From Macrostomum lignano (Eukaryota): DNA of 56,312 nucleotides. The notes beneath the pieces are model-generated. The model ran no database searches and was not told the DNA's origin. It was given only the letters and a program-made list of their open reading frames with translations. Made by a program: the position numbers and the translations under genes. Where the stretch lies: NCBI GenBank assembly GCA_002269645.1, contig NIVC01004183.1, positions 1 to 56,312 on the forward strand, given 5' to 3'. Shown piece after piece: positions 36,133-50,000 of the stretch. The stretch's first letter is position 1. The number at the start of each line of letters is the position of its first letter.

Positions 36133-39084
36133 GTGTATTTAGACTCGCACTGAGCTGTTGTAAAAAAAGCACTCGTCCAACTTTGAGTTTGCCCGACACG
36201 GTCGCACATCTCATTTGCCCAGCAATTTTTTATGCCTCAAAGCATCTCCCAATCGAAACTAATTCGCCTAATTCCTGCACAAAGCTGGCTTAAAGCTCTT
36301 TAGTCTTTCGGTCACCGATTGCCAACTCAAAGGCCAGGAAGCACTCAGCTCAAATAATTTTGACACTGACATGGAGAGTAAAGTAAGATATGAGGATTGG
36401 CTCTCTGTCTCACCTTCTAGCGGACACCTTTTCTCCTTTTTTCCTTTTTTGCAGGTATTTTTCTACGGATATCCCACAGCCCAAGCGGAGTCCATTAGCT
36501 AAATTCAATTAGACAAAAGCTTTTTTTGGCTTTAAATCATTGTGCGTTGTTTTCTCTTTTTCTCTTTTTGCGAGTTTCACATGGTCGGAGCAGCAAAAAA
36601 TGATTCACAATAGCGTCATTAAACAGTTCAGTTAAACAAAAAAATTCCGGCTTCGAAAGTTTCTAAATCTGCTTGACAGGGCGTGTCATCAGCCGCTGCT
36701 AGTGAGGCTTCTTGAGGCTAAAATTACATAATGGGAGAACTGGGGAATTCCTACCGTGGACTGCGCGAGGGACTGACGACTGTTTTCTCCACTGACACGC
36801 TCGTCAGAGCCTCCCACACAGAGAGAGCTTTCACCTTTCAAGGCGCGAAGCGTCATCTTTGTCATCCCGAATGGGGAGGGGGTTGTGAGGAGGCTGTAAC
36901 CGCGATAACCAAACCTTGCACCGCACCCGATGAGGCTCCAGCATCCTGAACGTCCGGCCCAAATCCACAGCCATCTATGCCTGAACATTGAGGTTTCCTC
37001 AATACTGCTCGCCGCTGTGCATGGATGGGACGGCAGCGGCCATCTTTAATGGCGGACAAGCATTTCCTGGACAGTTGATAGAGAGCCACCCCCCCCCCAG
37101 CATCCGCAATGCTGGCGGATAGGAAGTTATGGCAGCTTCATCAATATGGAGTCTTGTTCCTCGGAGCTCGCCTTTGCTGAGCTGACCCATCCGAGGCCGG
37201 CTCCATCTGCCCGCCTTCCTGAGCAGGAAATAGACAGAGAGAGACACAGACTGCAAAAGCAGCCTATTTAGTCCAGGTGAACCGGCCACACCCGGTGCAT
37301 GGCCGGCGTTTTATATTCCCCACGCATTTCCCCTCCTGACGAGATCTCCCTCCATCTGGGCAATTATCATTAATTGCTGCCGGCCAAACTCGCTGCGCTT
37401 TCGATTGCGTTTGCGTAACCCGCAACAACAGTAAACAATGAAGACTTCCTGACTACAGGCCCGACTCTGTTGGAGACCGGCTTGGCAACCAAAGCAGACT
37501 GTTCTGGAAATTCGACAGAATAACTTTAAATCAGTATATTGAAGTTGAACTCATCCACGGGCCTCCCTAGCCTTCTGCTGCTCTGTTTGCCTAAGACAAA
37601 TCTCCCAAATTGCGCTGCTGGGCCCTTCAAAAAATCAGTCTTAAAACTTCTCTATACTACTCGAATATTCAAGCCAGGAAAACTTCGTTGGATGTCGTGT
37701 CGCAGCATCCTTCGGTCAACAATCAAACTTCCTGTCGGAGTAGAGACAGAAGGGTTGGGGGGGGGGCTCGAAGCGCAAGCCGGAAGAAGCGAGTTCCCTT
37801 CTCGTTTCGGCTTGCGCACTTCATGTTTATAGATGCGGCTGTATAGTCTTATTATTTTAGAAGGGCCCGACGGCCTTGTTTTGTTTGAGCTGGCGAGGGC
37901 GGGCCAGCTGAGTAGACGCGGACCGGACACGCGCGGCAGGACAGCTCCTGGAGCTCCTCTTGAGCTGCTGCATGGGCCGACGGCTTGCCATCGCACCGAA
38001 CGAATCGAACAGAAAACAAGAGAGGAGGGGAGAGGAGAGACAGGGGAAAGCAAAGGAAGAAAAAGTCAAACAGACTGGAGAGTTTGTCGACTCTTGGGGT
38101 CGTTGGAAAAGCTCCAGTCTGAGTCTCTTACCTTGCTGGAGTGCCGGATTTATTTCACAGGATTCCCTGGAAACACGAAGTTTTGGAGCCTACATGTATT
38201 TTATTCTGAATCAACTTTCTTAAATGATGGACAATGTGGATGGATTGGCATGTGTCAGGGGGCAGAGCAGCTTGACTGTGCTCAGAAGTCAGAATTGCCG
38301 TCAGCGCTGGCTGTGGAACCATGTCGCCGAAAGCGTTGCGCAACCCTCCTGTGATGATTAAGCGTATTATTAAGACTATCAATTGTCTATGGATGCACAA
38401 GAGTTGGATCGCATTGACAATTTACTAGTGAATTTTCAGACATTATTCTACAGTAGAATTACAGTTTTATTAACTGTTTACGCTCTTACAATGGCACAAA
38501 AGATTATACTAAGAAATTTCGCGAATCAACGTAATATATATGCCTATAGATATGCTGTGAAGATTGAATATTAAACTTCCTCTCAGTTTTTCGACTCCCG
38601 AGTCAGAGGGGGGTTTTGCCCCACCCCTACTGCACCCATGCAGGCTTATCCTGCAGATGGTCTGTAGACACACCATAGAGCTAACCCCCATCATTCGATC
38701 CCCAACCCTGCCCCCAGCGCGATCAAACCAGAAGATCTGTCACCCGCTTCCCTTCCGGTTGCAGACTCTGAGCTCAAAGCAAGCAGGAGCAGCGGGGGGA
38801 GGGGTTCGGGAGCAGTTTCATCGGCAACCTCCCCCCCCCCCCCTATACCCCCTCCTGATCCGAAACTCCAGGTATCATCAGATATCAGGACTCCGGCTTG
38901 CACCGGGGACAGCTATACAGCCTTATAGCTGACTCCATATTTTTCCTTGAAATGCCTAACTCGAATTTTACCGAGGCATAGCTGTGTGTGCACAGAGCTA
39001 GCGGGTCTGCAGTCAGTTCATCGCACGGTTGATGCCGATGCGTTTTTAACCTTTATGTGGTCTGCTATGTGATAGCACCGCTCC

Positions 39085-39935
39085 CTCCGCCAGCCTCTCT
39101 ATCTCCCCCTCTTTCCCCCTCTCTCCATCTCCCTCTCTCTCTCTCCCTCATCCTCTATCTACCCTTCTCTATCTCCCTCACCCTCTATCTACCCCTCTCT
39201 ATCTCCCTCATCCTCTATCTACCCTTCTCTATCTCCCTCATCCTCTATCTACCCCTCTCTATCTCCCTCATCCTCTATCTACCCCTCTCTATCTCCCTCA
39301 TTCTCTATCTACCCCTCTCTATCTCCCTCTCTCTATCTCCCTCATCCTCTATCTACCCCTCTCTATCTCCCTCTCTCTATCTCCCTCTCTCTATCTCCCT
39401 CCCTCTCTCTTTATCTCCCTCTCTCTATCTCCCTCCCTCTCTCTATCTCCCTCATCCTCTATCTACCCCTCTCTATCTCCCTCTCTCTATCTCCCTCTCT
39501 CTATCTCCCTCCCTCTCTCTTTATCTCCCTCTCTCTATCTCCCTCCCTCTCTCTATCTCCCTCATCCTCTCTCCCTCTCTCAATCTCCTTCATCCTCTAT
39601 CTCCTCTCTCTCTTTATCTCCCTCTCTCTCTCTATCTACCCCTCTCTATCTCCCTCATCCTCTATCTCCCTCATCCTCTTTCTCCCTCTCTCTATCTCCC
39701 TCTCTCTATCTCCCTCTCTCTATCTCCCTCTCTCTACCTCCATCTCTCTATCTCCCTCATCCTTTATCTCCCTCTCTCTATCTCCCTCATCCTCTATCTC
39801 CTCTCTCCATCTCCCTCTCTCTCTATATCCCTTCCTTCACTCCCCTCTCTATATCTCTCTTTCATTCAATCCCCCTTTCCATCTCCCTCTCCATCTCTTT
39901 CTCTTTCTCTCTCTATTTCTCTATTTCTCTATTTA
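39085..39935. repeat. Polypyrimidine CT(A)T-rich low-complexity array upstream of Islet
   Basis: Units such as CTCTCTATCTCCCTCATCCTCTATCTACCC are visible. Confidence 0.92.
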
Positions 39936-40913
39936 ATTAGACCGAAATTTCACAACGCCGAAAATTCTGCATGTTCCTTGTTATGCGCTCGTATCAAGTT
40001 TCTACTTCCATGCTAATATTGATCAATCTGCATGGACGCTTAACTTTATGCCAATCGACTCAGCATCATTTTTGGTGGGCGCTTCGATTTTATACATCTT
40101 ATCTCATGACCTCTCCTCTCTTTCTTTCACTCTCAGTCTGTCTATCGCTCATTTTTATGTGTCTACCGTCAGCATGAAGTTGTCTTCTGCACTACAGCAA
40201 AACTGCAGCTGACTTAAATAACTAATACAGAACCTGGATCAAGTGCGGGCCACTTAGGATTTGGGATTAAAACAGTGTAGGTCAAGATTGGGAGAAAATA
40301 GCTCTGGAAAAGAAATGTAACAAAGTGTATGCCATAACAAAAAGAGAGGAAAGACCACCCGCAGAGCAGAGCTTAATTGAGGAAGGGACTATCACAGGTT
40401 TTACTTTAAACTGGACACCAGTCAGTCCAATTGTGGCTTTCATTCATTTCAAGACACTGCCAATCATATTCAACCAATGTTTCTACGAGCTACTTTCGTC
40501 TATGGTCAAAACACCATAGGCATTGAAGCTTAAGACACAGACAGAGCAGTTAAATTCGGACAAAGTTACTCTGATGAAGGAACAAAAAATACCAGCACGG
40601 CTTTGGTCATAGACAATCGTCTAAAAAGTGGGTTGAATCTGTCTTAAATTGAATGCTTGACTTCTTAAAAAAATGAGCCAACTGAGCCTGGGATCATACC
40701 ATTTTAATCCTTAGTGGGAGAAGCAAGCTATTGAACTTGAAGACTTATATTGCAGTGTAACACTGCCACATTGAGTATATTATTCATGCATCTAACCTGA
40801 TTGAAATCAAGCTATTGCAGCAGTTCAAGTGTTTAAGAGGCAAGCGACTTATAGTTCGCAGAGGCCTTCTCCTTAGGCCCTTCCATTGGTGGAGCACTGG
40901 CGGGCCTTAGCAG

Positions 40914-40952
40914 CCAATCAGAAACGAGCTGGAGCATCAGCCCGTTTATAAC
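40914..40952 (+). promoter_or_regulatory. CCAAT box and TATA-like element of the Islet promoter
   Basis: CCAAT at 40914-40918 and TTTATAA at 40945-40951, ~80-115 bp upstream of the ATG at 41031. Confidence 0.4.
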
Positions 40953-41030
40953 TAGCGAGCTCGTGTGCGGCGGGGGTTAATCTTCTGCATAAATGGTCGC
41001 ATTCGTATTGTAGCCAGACTTGCTGCAGTC

Positions 41031-44000
41031 ATGACTATGGGAACAATGGACTTATCTGAAGACAATAGAGACTATGACAATAATTCCAGTTGCCACTGGT
41101 GGATGCAGCAGCAGCATCAGCAGCAGCAGAGACCGCCAGTTTGCACTGGCTGCGGCAGCGACATCACGGACCCGTACATCCTTCGGGTGCAGCCGGATCT
41201 GGAGTGGCACATCGGCTGTTTGAAATGCACCGAGTGCTCTACTGAGCTGAACCAGTTCAGGACCTGCTTTTTGCGCGATGGCAAACCCTATTGCAGAGAG
41301 GACTATGCCAGGTAATATGGGTATGATCATTGAATAGTCATATGGTATTATGAGCATGATCATTGAATAGTCATCTGGTATTATGAGCATGATCATTGAA
41401 ATAGTCATATGGTATTATGAGCATGATCATTGAATAGTCATATGGTATTATGAGCATGATCATTGAATAGTCATGGTAATATGAGCATGATCATTGAATA
41501 GTCATCTGGTATTATGAGCATGATCATTGAATAGTCATCTGGTATTATGAGCATGATCATTGAAATAGTCATATGGTATTATGAGCATGATCATTGAATA
41601 GTCATATGGTATTATGAGCATGATCATTGAATAGTCATGGTAATATGAGCATGATCATTGAATAGTCATCTGGTATTATGAGCATGATCATTGAATAGTC
41701 ATCTGGTATTATGAGCATGATCATTGAATAGTCATCTGGTATTATGAGCATGATCATTGAATAGTCATCTGGTATTATGAGCATGATCATTGAATAGTCA
41801 TCTGGTATTATGAGCATGATCATTGAATAGTCATATGGTATTATGAGCATGGTCATTGAATAGTCATATGGTATTATGAGCATGATCATTGAATAGTCAT
41901 CTGGTATTATGAGCATGATCATTGAAATAGTCATATGGTATTATGAGCATGATCATTGAATAGTCATATGGTATTATGAGCATGATCATTGAATAGTCAT
42001 GGTAATATGAGCATGATCATTGAATAGTCATCTGGTATTATGAGCATGATCATTGAATAGTCATCTGGTATTATGAGCATGATCATTGAATAGTCATCTG
42101 GTATTATGAGCATGATCATTGAATAGTCATCTGGTATTATGAGCATGATCATTGAATAGTCATATGGTATTATGAGCATGATCATTGAATAGTCATATGG
42201 TATTATGAGCATGGTCATTGAATAGTCATATGGTATTATGAGCATGATCATTGAATAGTCATCTGGTATTATGAGCATGATCATTGAATACTCATCTGGT
42301 ATTATGAGCATGATCATTGAATACTCATCTGGTATTATGAGCATGATCATTGAATAGTCATATGGTATTATGAGCATGGTCATTGAATAGTCATATGGTA
42401 TTATGAGCATGATCAATTAATACTCATCTGGTATTATGAGCATGATCATTGAATAGTCATCTGGTATTATGAGCATGATCATTGAATAGTCATATGGTAT
42501 TATGAGCATGATCATTGAATAGTCATCTGATATTATGAGCATGATCATTGAATAGTCATCTGATATTATGAGCATGATCATTGAATAGTCATATGGTATT
42601 ATGAGCATGATCAATTAATACTCATCTGGTATTATGAGCATGATCATTGAATAGTCATCTGGTATTGTGAGCATGATCATTGAATAGTCATCTGGTATTA
42701 TGAGCATGATCATTGAATAGTCATCTGATATTATGAGCATGATCATTGAATAGTCATCTGGTATTATGAGCATGATCATTGAATAGTCATATGGTATTAT
42801 GAGCATGATCATTGAATAGTCATCTGATATTATGAGCATGATCATTGAATAGTCATCTGATATTATGAGCATGATCATTGAATAGTCATATGGTATTATG
42901 AGCATGATCAATTAATACTCATCTGGTATTATGAGCATGATCATTGAATAGTCATCTGGTATTGTGAGCATGATCATTGAATAGTCATCTGGTATTATGA
43001 GCATGATCATTGAATAGTCATCTGATATTATGAGCATGATCATTGAATAGTCATCTGGTATTATGAGCATGATCATTGAATAGTCATCTGGTATTATGTG
43101 CATGATCATTGAATAGTCATCTGGTATTATGAGCATGATCATTGAATAGTCATCTGGTATTATGAGCATGATCATTGAATAGTCATCTGATATTATGAGC
43201 ATGATCATTGAATAGTCATATGGTATTATGAGCATGATCATTGATAGTCATATGGTATTATGAGCATGATCAATTAATACTCATGTGGTATTATGAGCAT
43301 GATCAATAAGTAGTCATCGGGTATTAGCATGAGCATATAGTCTGAGCTTAGCCATCTTATAGTTTAGAAACTTTTCACGCCTTCAGCCCACGCATCCCCC
43401 AGGCCCCGATGCCGTGAGGCAAACAAAATGGACACTCGCTTTCTCCTCTAAAATTGCCAAACGATGGAGCAAAAGCATCTTGGAGACCCAGCTGCAGCAT
43501 GCAACTGTACTCAGAAATACCGGAGGTGACCCTACACAGTCTGGGCCATTGAAAAACGCTTCCGCCTTCCTGGGGGGCATGCGGCATACAAACGAGAGAA
43601 CATGCACGAGCTTACAGACCGGCTCATCTGCCTGCCTCCCTTACCTCATGCGCTGCGCCAAACTCCTTATAGGAAAGGGGGAAGTCTTAAGTGGATAAGG
43701 GCCTCTGCCCTCTGCTACGTAGACCTGGACTCGCCAGTCATGGACCACCAAGTCCATGTAGATTGTGGATATCTCTATTCAAATGAACGCGTATCTCACA
43801 ACGCAGAACGATAAATACCCTATCGAATGTCCGTTTACTTTTATCCCATCCTTCACCGTCTCCCTGCTGTCTCACTAAAAATTCTCTCAGTACGAGCTAA
43901 TTGGGAAAAATTTAGAGACGATTTTTTTATCGTCTTTCCTCCGCATCATCTCCGACCTCTCCGATGCATCATCTCCGACCTCTCCTCCGCATCATCTCCG

Positions 44001-47000
44001 ACCTCTCCGATGCATCATCTCCGCCCTCTCCTCTGCATCATCTCCGCCCTCTCCTCTGCATCATCTCCGCCCTCTCCTCTGCATCATCTCCGCCCTCTCC
44101 TCTGCATCATCTCCGCCCTCTCCTCTGCATCATCTCCGCCCTCTCCTCTGCATCATCTCCATTCCCTTTGCCTACCCTCTCCCCCTCACTCAAACCGCTC
44201 GCCTCGCTCTCACCTCTCCAGGCTGTTCGGCAGCCGGTGCGCCAAGTGCAGCGTCGCCCTGGTCAAGTCCGAGCCGGTGATGCGCGCCCAGTCCCGGCTC
44301 TATCACGTGACCTGCTTCCGCTGCCAGGCCTGCGCGAGGCAGCTGGTTCCAGGCGAAGAATTCGGCGTTAGACGCGACGACGGCGGCATCTACTGTCGGG
44401 CCGACTTTGACGCGCTGCTCACTGGAGATTTCGTCGACGCGTCGTCGACAACGCAGAGGTCGCCGCAACAGCAGCCGCCGTCGCACATTGTCGGCGTTGG
44501 CAGCCCGGGCGACAGCATTGGCAGCAGCGGGGTGAACCAGCTGCACCCGGGTATGGAGTGTGAGCAATTGGCTCCGCTGGGCTTGTGACAGTACAGATGA
44601 AGAATGTACAGTTGCTAGCTTCAGGTTGACAGTTTCAGGCTAGCTTCAGGTTGACAGTTTCAGGCTAGCTTCAGGTTGACAGTTTCAGGCTAGCTTTAGG
44701 TTGACAGTTTCAGGCTAGCTTCAGGTTGACAGTTTCAGGCTAGCTTCAGGTTGACAGTTTCAGGCTAGCTTCAGGTTGACAGTTTCAGGCTAGCTTCAGG
44801 TTTTAGTTTCAGGTTAGCTTCAGGTTGCTAGTTTCAGGCTAGCTTCAGGTTGATAGCTTCAGGTTGATAGCTTCAGGTTGATAGCTTCAGGTTGATAGCT
44901 TCAGGTTGATAGCTTCAGGTTGATAGCTTCAGGTTGATAGCTTCAGGTTGATAGCTTCAGGTTGATAGCTTCAGGTTGATAGCTTCAGGTTGATAGCTTC
45001 AGGTTGATAGCTTCAGGTTGATAGCTTCAGGTTGATAGCTTCAGGTTGATAGCTTCAGGTTGATAGCTTCAGGTTGATAGCTTCAGGTTGATAGCTTCAG
45101 GTTGATAGCTTCAGGTTGATAGCTTCAGGTTGATAGCTTCAGGTTGATAGCTTCAGGTTGATAGCTTCAGGTTGATAGCTTCAGGTTGATAGCTTCAGGT
45201 TGATAGCAGACAGCAGATTGACAACAAAATGATGGTTTCAATTTGACAGCTTCATCTATCAATAGGTGAAAATTGAATTTTATTGACCTGAAACTGTCAG
45301 CCAACATCAAGTAGGCCCTGCAGATGCAATTTGAGGGTAAACTGCCAAAACAGAAGGTTCTCATCGCTTCCCATCAATTTGATAAGAGAAGTGTTTGATA
45401 ATTGCATCAGCATGAAGAGCCTCTTATGGGCAGATAATTTGTGAAGTCCCGGGTTTATATCTGGCATCTGCCGAGAGCCACTCGCGTCGAGATTATCCCC
45501 CCCCACCACGCCAATCTAAATCCCAATATTTTATATCCCCAACTTGACTTTATAAAACTTTCCAATTTCATTTTTGGCTAGAGCACGGCCGTCACTTTGA
45601 AATCGCGGTTTAGTCACGATCCTGAGGAGGTCTGGACTGAGATTCAGCGCTGGCTTTTGCAGTTCAAACAGGATTGCGATAGCGAATAGTCGGCGCTAGG
45701 ATTCCTATTTCAATTTGACTGCAAAAGCTCGATGGTCTCAATCATAGAATATTGGCATATGGGGTGCATTGAGACTTCTGAGCTTGTGTCTGTGGCTTGT
45801 GCTAAACTTGTGTCTGTGGCTTGTGCTAAACTTGTCTCTGACTTGTGCTAAGCTTGTGTCTGTGACTTGTGCTAAACTTGTGTCTGTGGCTTGTGCTAAG
45901 CTTGTGTCTGTGACTTGTGCTAAACTTGTGTCTGTGGCTTGTGCTAAACTTGTCTGTGACTTGTGCTAAGCTTGTGTCTGTGACTTGTGCTAAACTTGTG
46001 TCTGTGGCTTGTGCTAAACTTGTCTGTGACTTGTGCTAAGCTTGTGTCTGTGACTTGTGCTAAACTTGTCTGTGACTTGTGCTAAGCTTGTGTCTGTGAC
46101 TTGTGCTAAGCTTGTGTCTGTGACTTGTGCTAAACTTGTGTCTGTGGCTTGTGCTAAACTTGTCTGTGACTTGTGCTAAGCTTGTGTCTGTGACTTGTGC
46201 TAAGCTTGTGTCTGTGACTTGTGCTAAGCTTGTGTCTGTGACTTGTGCTAAACTTGTGTCTGTGGCTTGTGCTAAGCTTGTGTCTGTGACTTGTGCTAAA
46301 CTTGTCTGTGACTTGTGCTAAGCTTGTGTCTGTGACTTGTGCTAAGCTTGTGTCTGTGACTTGTGCTAAACTTGTGTCTGTGGCTTGTGCTAAGCTTGTG
46401 TCTGTGACTTGTGCTAAGCTTGTGTCTGTGGCTGTGTCGAGATTGTGTCTGCAGATTTGTCAAGATTGTGTCTGCAGATTTGCCGAGATTGTGTCTGCAG
46501 ATATGCCGAGATTGTGTCTGCAGATTTGTCAAGATTGTGTCTGCAGATTTGCCGAGATTGTGTCTGCAGATTTGCCGAGATTGTGCCTGCAGATTTGCCT
46601 AGATTGTGTCTGCAGATTTGCCGAGATTGTCTGCAGATTTGCCTAGATTGTGTCTGCAGATTTGCCGAGATTGTGTCTGCAGATTTGCCGAGATTGTGCC
46701 TGCAGATTTGCCTAGATTGTGTCTGCAGATTTGTCAAGATTGTGTCTGCAGATTTGCCGAGATTGTGTCTGCAGATTTGTCAAGATTGTGTCTGCAGATT
46801 TGTCAAGATTGTGTCTGCAGATTTGTCAAGATTGTGTCTGCAGATTTGTCAAGATTGTGTCTGCAGATTTGCCGAGATTGTGTCTGCAGATTTGTCAAGA
46901 TTGTGTCTGCAGATTTGCCGAGATTGTGCCTGCAGATTTGCCGAGATTGTGTCTGCAGATTTGCCGAGATTGTGTCTGCAGATTTGTCAAGATTGTGTCT

Positions 47001-50000
47001 GCAGATTTGCCGAGATTGTGCCTGCAGATTTGCCTAGATTGTGTCTGCAGATTTGCCGAGATTGTGTCTGCAGATTTGCCGAGATTGTGTCTGCAGATTT
47101 GTCAAGATTGTGTCTCCAGCTATGTCAAGATTGTGTCTCCAGCTATGTCAAGATTGTGTCTGCAGATTTGCCTAGATTGTGTCCGCAGATTGTGTTAAAG
47201 AAACCTTAATCTCAGTGAAATTTCTGAAAATTCTCAGTTGTGCTGCCGAGCGCATTCAGGTGGTTCAGCTACCTCCAATGTCCAGTTGATAAAGCAGGCC
47301 ATTGTCATGCCTACATGAACATTTGGCCTTTACTGCCTGACTGACAAGTGGGATCTGGGAAAGCAGTGTGGGGATGGACCGGGCAGGTTATCCTCTGCAC
47401 CGTCGTTTCGCCCGGCTTGAAAAAGGCGGACTTCCCGGGGTGATTAATGGGCTTCTTTGTAGCAGGGGGCCAGGCAGTCGGGACCCCCATTCGTGCCCTA
47501 GCAAGAGCCCCACCCCAAGGGCCTGACAGGACCACCCACCCACCCCACAGTCTAAAGGATCAGACGACATACAGAAAAGCAAGACTAGACGTTTAGTCGT
47601 GCGTGCCTGTTTGTGTGTGTGTGTGTTCTTTCTTTAATACTTTTAGGCATCCACTTTCTGCTGGGGAGACGGGGGATGGAGGAGACTCCTCGTCTGCTGG
47701 CGGGACTTGGTGGCGGCGGCCGTGGCGGCGTCTGCTGCTCCAACTGCTGCCTTCTCTTGCTGTGCTGCTGTTGCTGCTTCTGTGCCAGCCCACCAGCGAG
47801 GGATTAAGGTGGACAGGCCAAGACAAGCCAAGACAAGACAAGACAGGACAGGACGCGATCTCGGAGGCCTCGTATTGGCGGGCGGACAATGATTTTTCTA
47901 TTCGAAATTCCCTCAGACCGGTAGCTGGGCGCCATTTCCTTTCGGGCTTAATACATATTGTTGGCGAACAAGACGGCAAATGATGCAAGATGCTCCTGAT
48001 TTGGGGAAACGTACGACTCGCTCCCTTAACCTGATAAACAGGCAACGACGAGGATTCAGCGAGTCAGTCAACGGCGTCGGAGCCTGCTGTGTCCAACGGT
48101 GTCGGCAGTGGAACCGGCGCTTCAAGTGGCGCCGCCGCAGGCGGAGGGAAGCGCGGAAAAACCGTCTGTGGCGGCGGCGGCGGCGGCGGCAAGGACAGCA
48201 GCAAAGCGACCCGAGTCCGGACGGTGCTGAACGAGAAGCAGCTGCACACGCTGCGCACCTGCTACGCGGCCAATCCTCGGCCGGACGCGCTGATGAAGGA
48301 GCAGCTGGTGGAGATGACCGGCCTGAGCCCGCGAGTCATCAGGGTCTGGTTTCAGAACAAGCGGTGCAAGGACAAGAAGAAACAGCTGCTCATGAAACAG
48401 ATGGAGCACCAGCAGCAGAAGGTGAGGATGTCTATCAGAAGGTAATCTTTTTTGTTCATTATTTATAAGACAGATTAGCAAATCCATTCTATTCCTGCAT
48501 CCGTGATGTTGGCTAGATTAGCAATCCATTCTATTCCTGCATCCGTGATGTTGGCTAGATTAGCAATCCATTCCATTCCTGCATCCGTGATGTTGGCTAG
48601 ATTAGCAATCCATTCTATTCCTGCATCCGTGATGTTAGCTAGATTAGCAATCCATTCTATTCCTGCATCCGTGATGTTGGCTAGATTAGCAATCCATTCC
48701 ATTCCTGCATCCGTGATGTTGGCTAGATTAGCAATCCATTCTATTCCTGCATCCGTGATGTTGGCTAGATTAGCAATCCATTCTATTCCTGCATCCGTGA
48801 TGTTGGCTAGATTAGCAATCCATTCTATTCCTGCATCCGTGATGTTGGCTAGATTAGCAATCCATTCTATTCCTGCATCCGTGATGTTGGCTAGATTAGC
48901 AATCCATTCTATTCCTGCATCCGTGATGTTGGCTAGATTAGCAATCCATTCTATTCATTCATTCCTTTCTAATGGCGGGAAACTCTCCTCTGAGAACAAC
49001 TTAATAGAAATGAGACGTCAATAGCAAAACCAAATAGCAGTTAAAAATTGATTTACGTACTGGCAGACAGACAGAGTGACAAGCAGTGTGCAGGTCGGCT
49101 TAGGTGCAGTGAAATTGTCCACCCCGAGGTTGCCGAACCAGAAGCAGCAGAAATCCACAGTGCAGCTCCACGCCCCCCTGAGGATGAGATCTCAGCTGCG
49201 TAAACACCTGGCCGACTGAAATAGCTGAATAATGGGATTCTATGCCGTGTTCCCAGCCAGCTTGTTTGAGTCCACCCACTAGCCCGAGGGGGGGGGGTCG
49301 CAGCAGATCCCAGAAACCGCAGCAGCCGGGCTGATTTGAGGGGGGGGGCGACGGCGGAAGGAGGCGTTTGGCAAGGCCTGACCAAACAAGACCCCTGGCA
49401 GTGCCGGAAGAGACCAAGAGACGCGGTCGCTAATCTTTTCTAGTTACGCTCGCCCAAGCCCTCACTATTATTGCCCCCCCCCGAATTTTGACTCCACCAC
49501 CAACAATTGCGCAGCGACCGGCTAGTGCACCTGCTTTCAGTGTGCGGGAGTGCAGCCTGAGTCTCTCACCGGGAGTTGAGCAGATCCTGAGTCTCTTACC
49601 GGGGAGCTGAGCAGGTCCTGAGTCCCTCACATGCAGTTGAGCAGGTCCTGAGTCCCTCACCCGCAGTTGAGCAGATCCTGAGTCTCTTACCGGGGAGCTG
49701 AGCAGGTCCTGAGTCCCTCACATGCAGTTGAGCAGGTCCTGAGTCCCTCACCCGCAGTTGAGCAGGTCCTGAGTCCCTCACCTGCAGTTGAGCAGATCCT
49801 GAGTTCCTCATCTGAAGTTGAGCAGGTCCTGAGTCCCTCACATGCAGTTGAGCAGGTCCTGAGTCCCTCACCTGCAGTTGAGCAGATCCTGAGTTCCTCA
49901 TCTGAAGTTGAGCAGATCCTGAGTCCCTCACCTGAATTTGAGCAGATCCTGAGTTCCTCACCCGCAGTTGAGTAGGTCCTGAGTCCCTCACATGCAGTTG

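Noticed and set aside
36680-37300. GC-rich block with several short ORFs (also 38560-38950 and 43340-43830)
   Set aside because: No recognisable motifs, splice-consistent frame or repeat hallmarks; left unassigned.
41635-43241. [11 protein letters not shown] repeat ORFs, and the [11 protein letters not shown] ORFs at 46445-47209
   Set aside because: Frame-preserving translations of intronic minisatellites within Islet.
47380-47475. Possible HDV-like ribozyme (CCGGGC/GCCCGG and CCTCTGC/GCAGGGG pairings)
   Set aside because: P3/L3 and the catalytic C in J4/2 cannot be formed.
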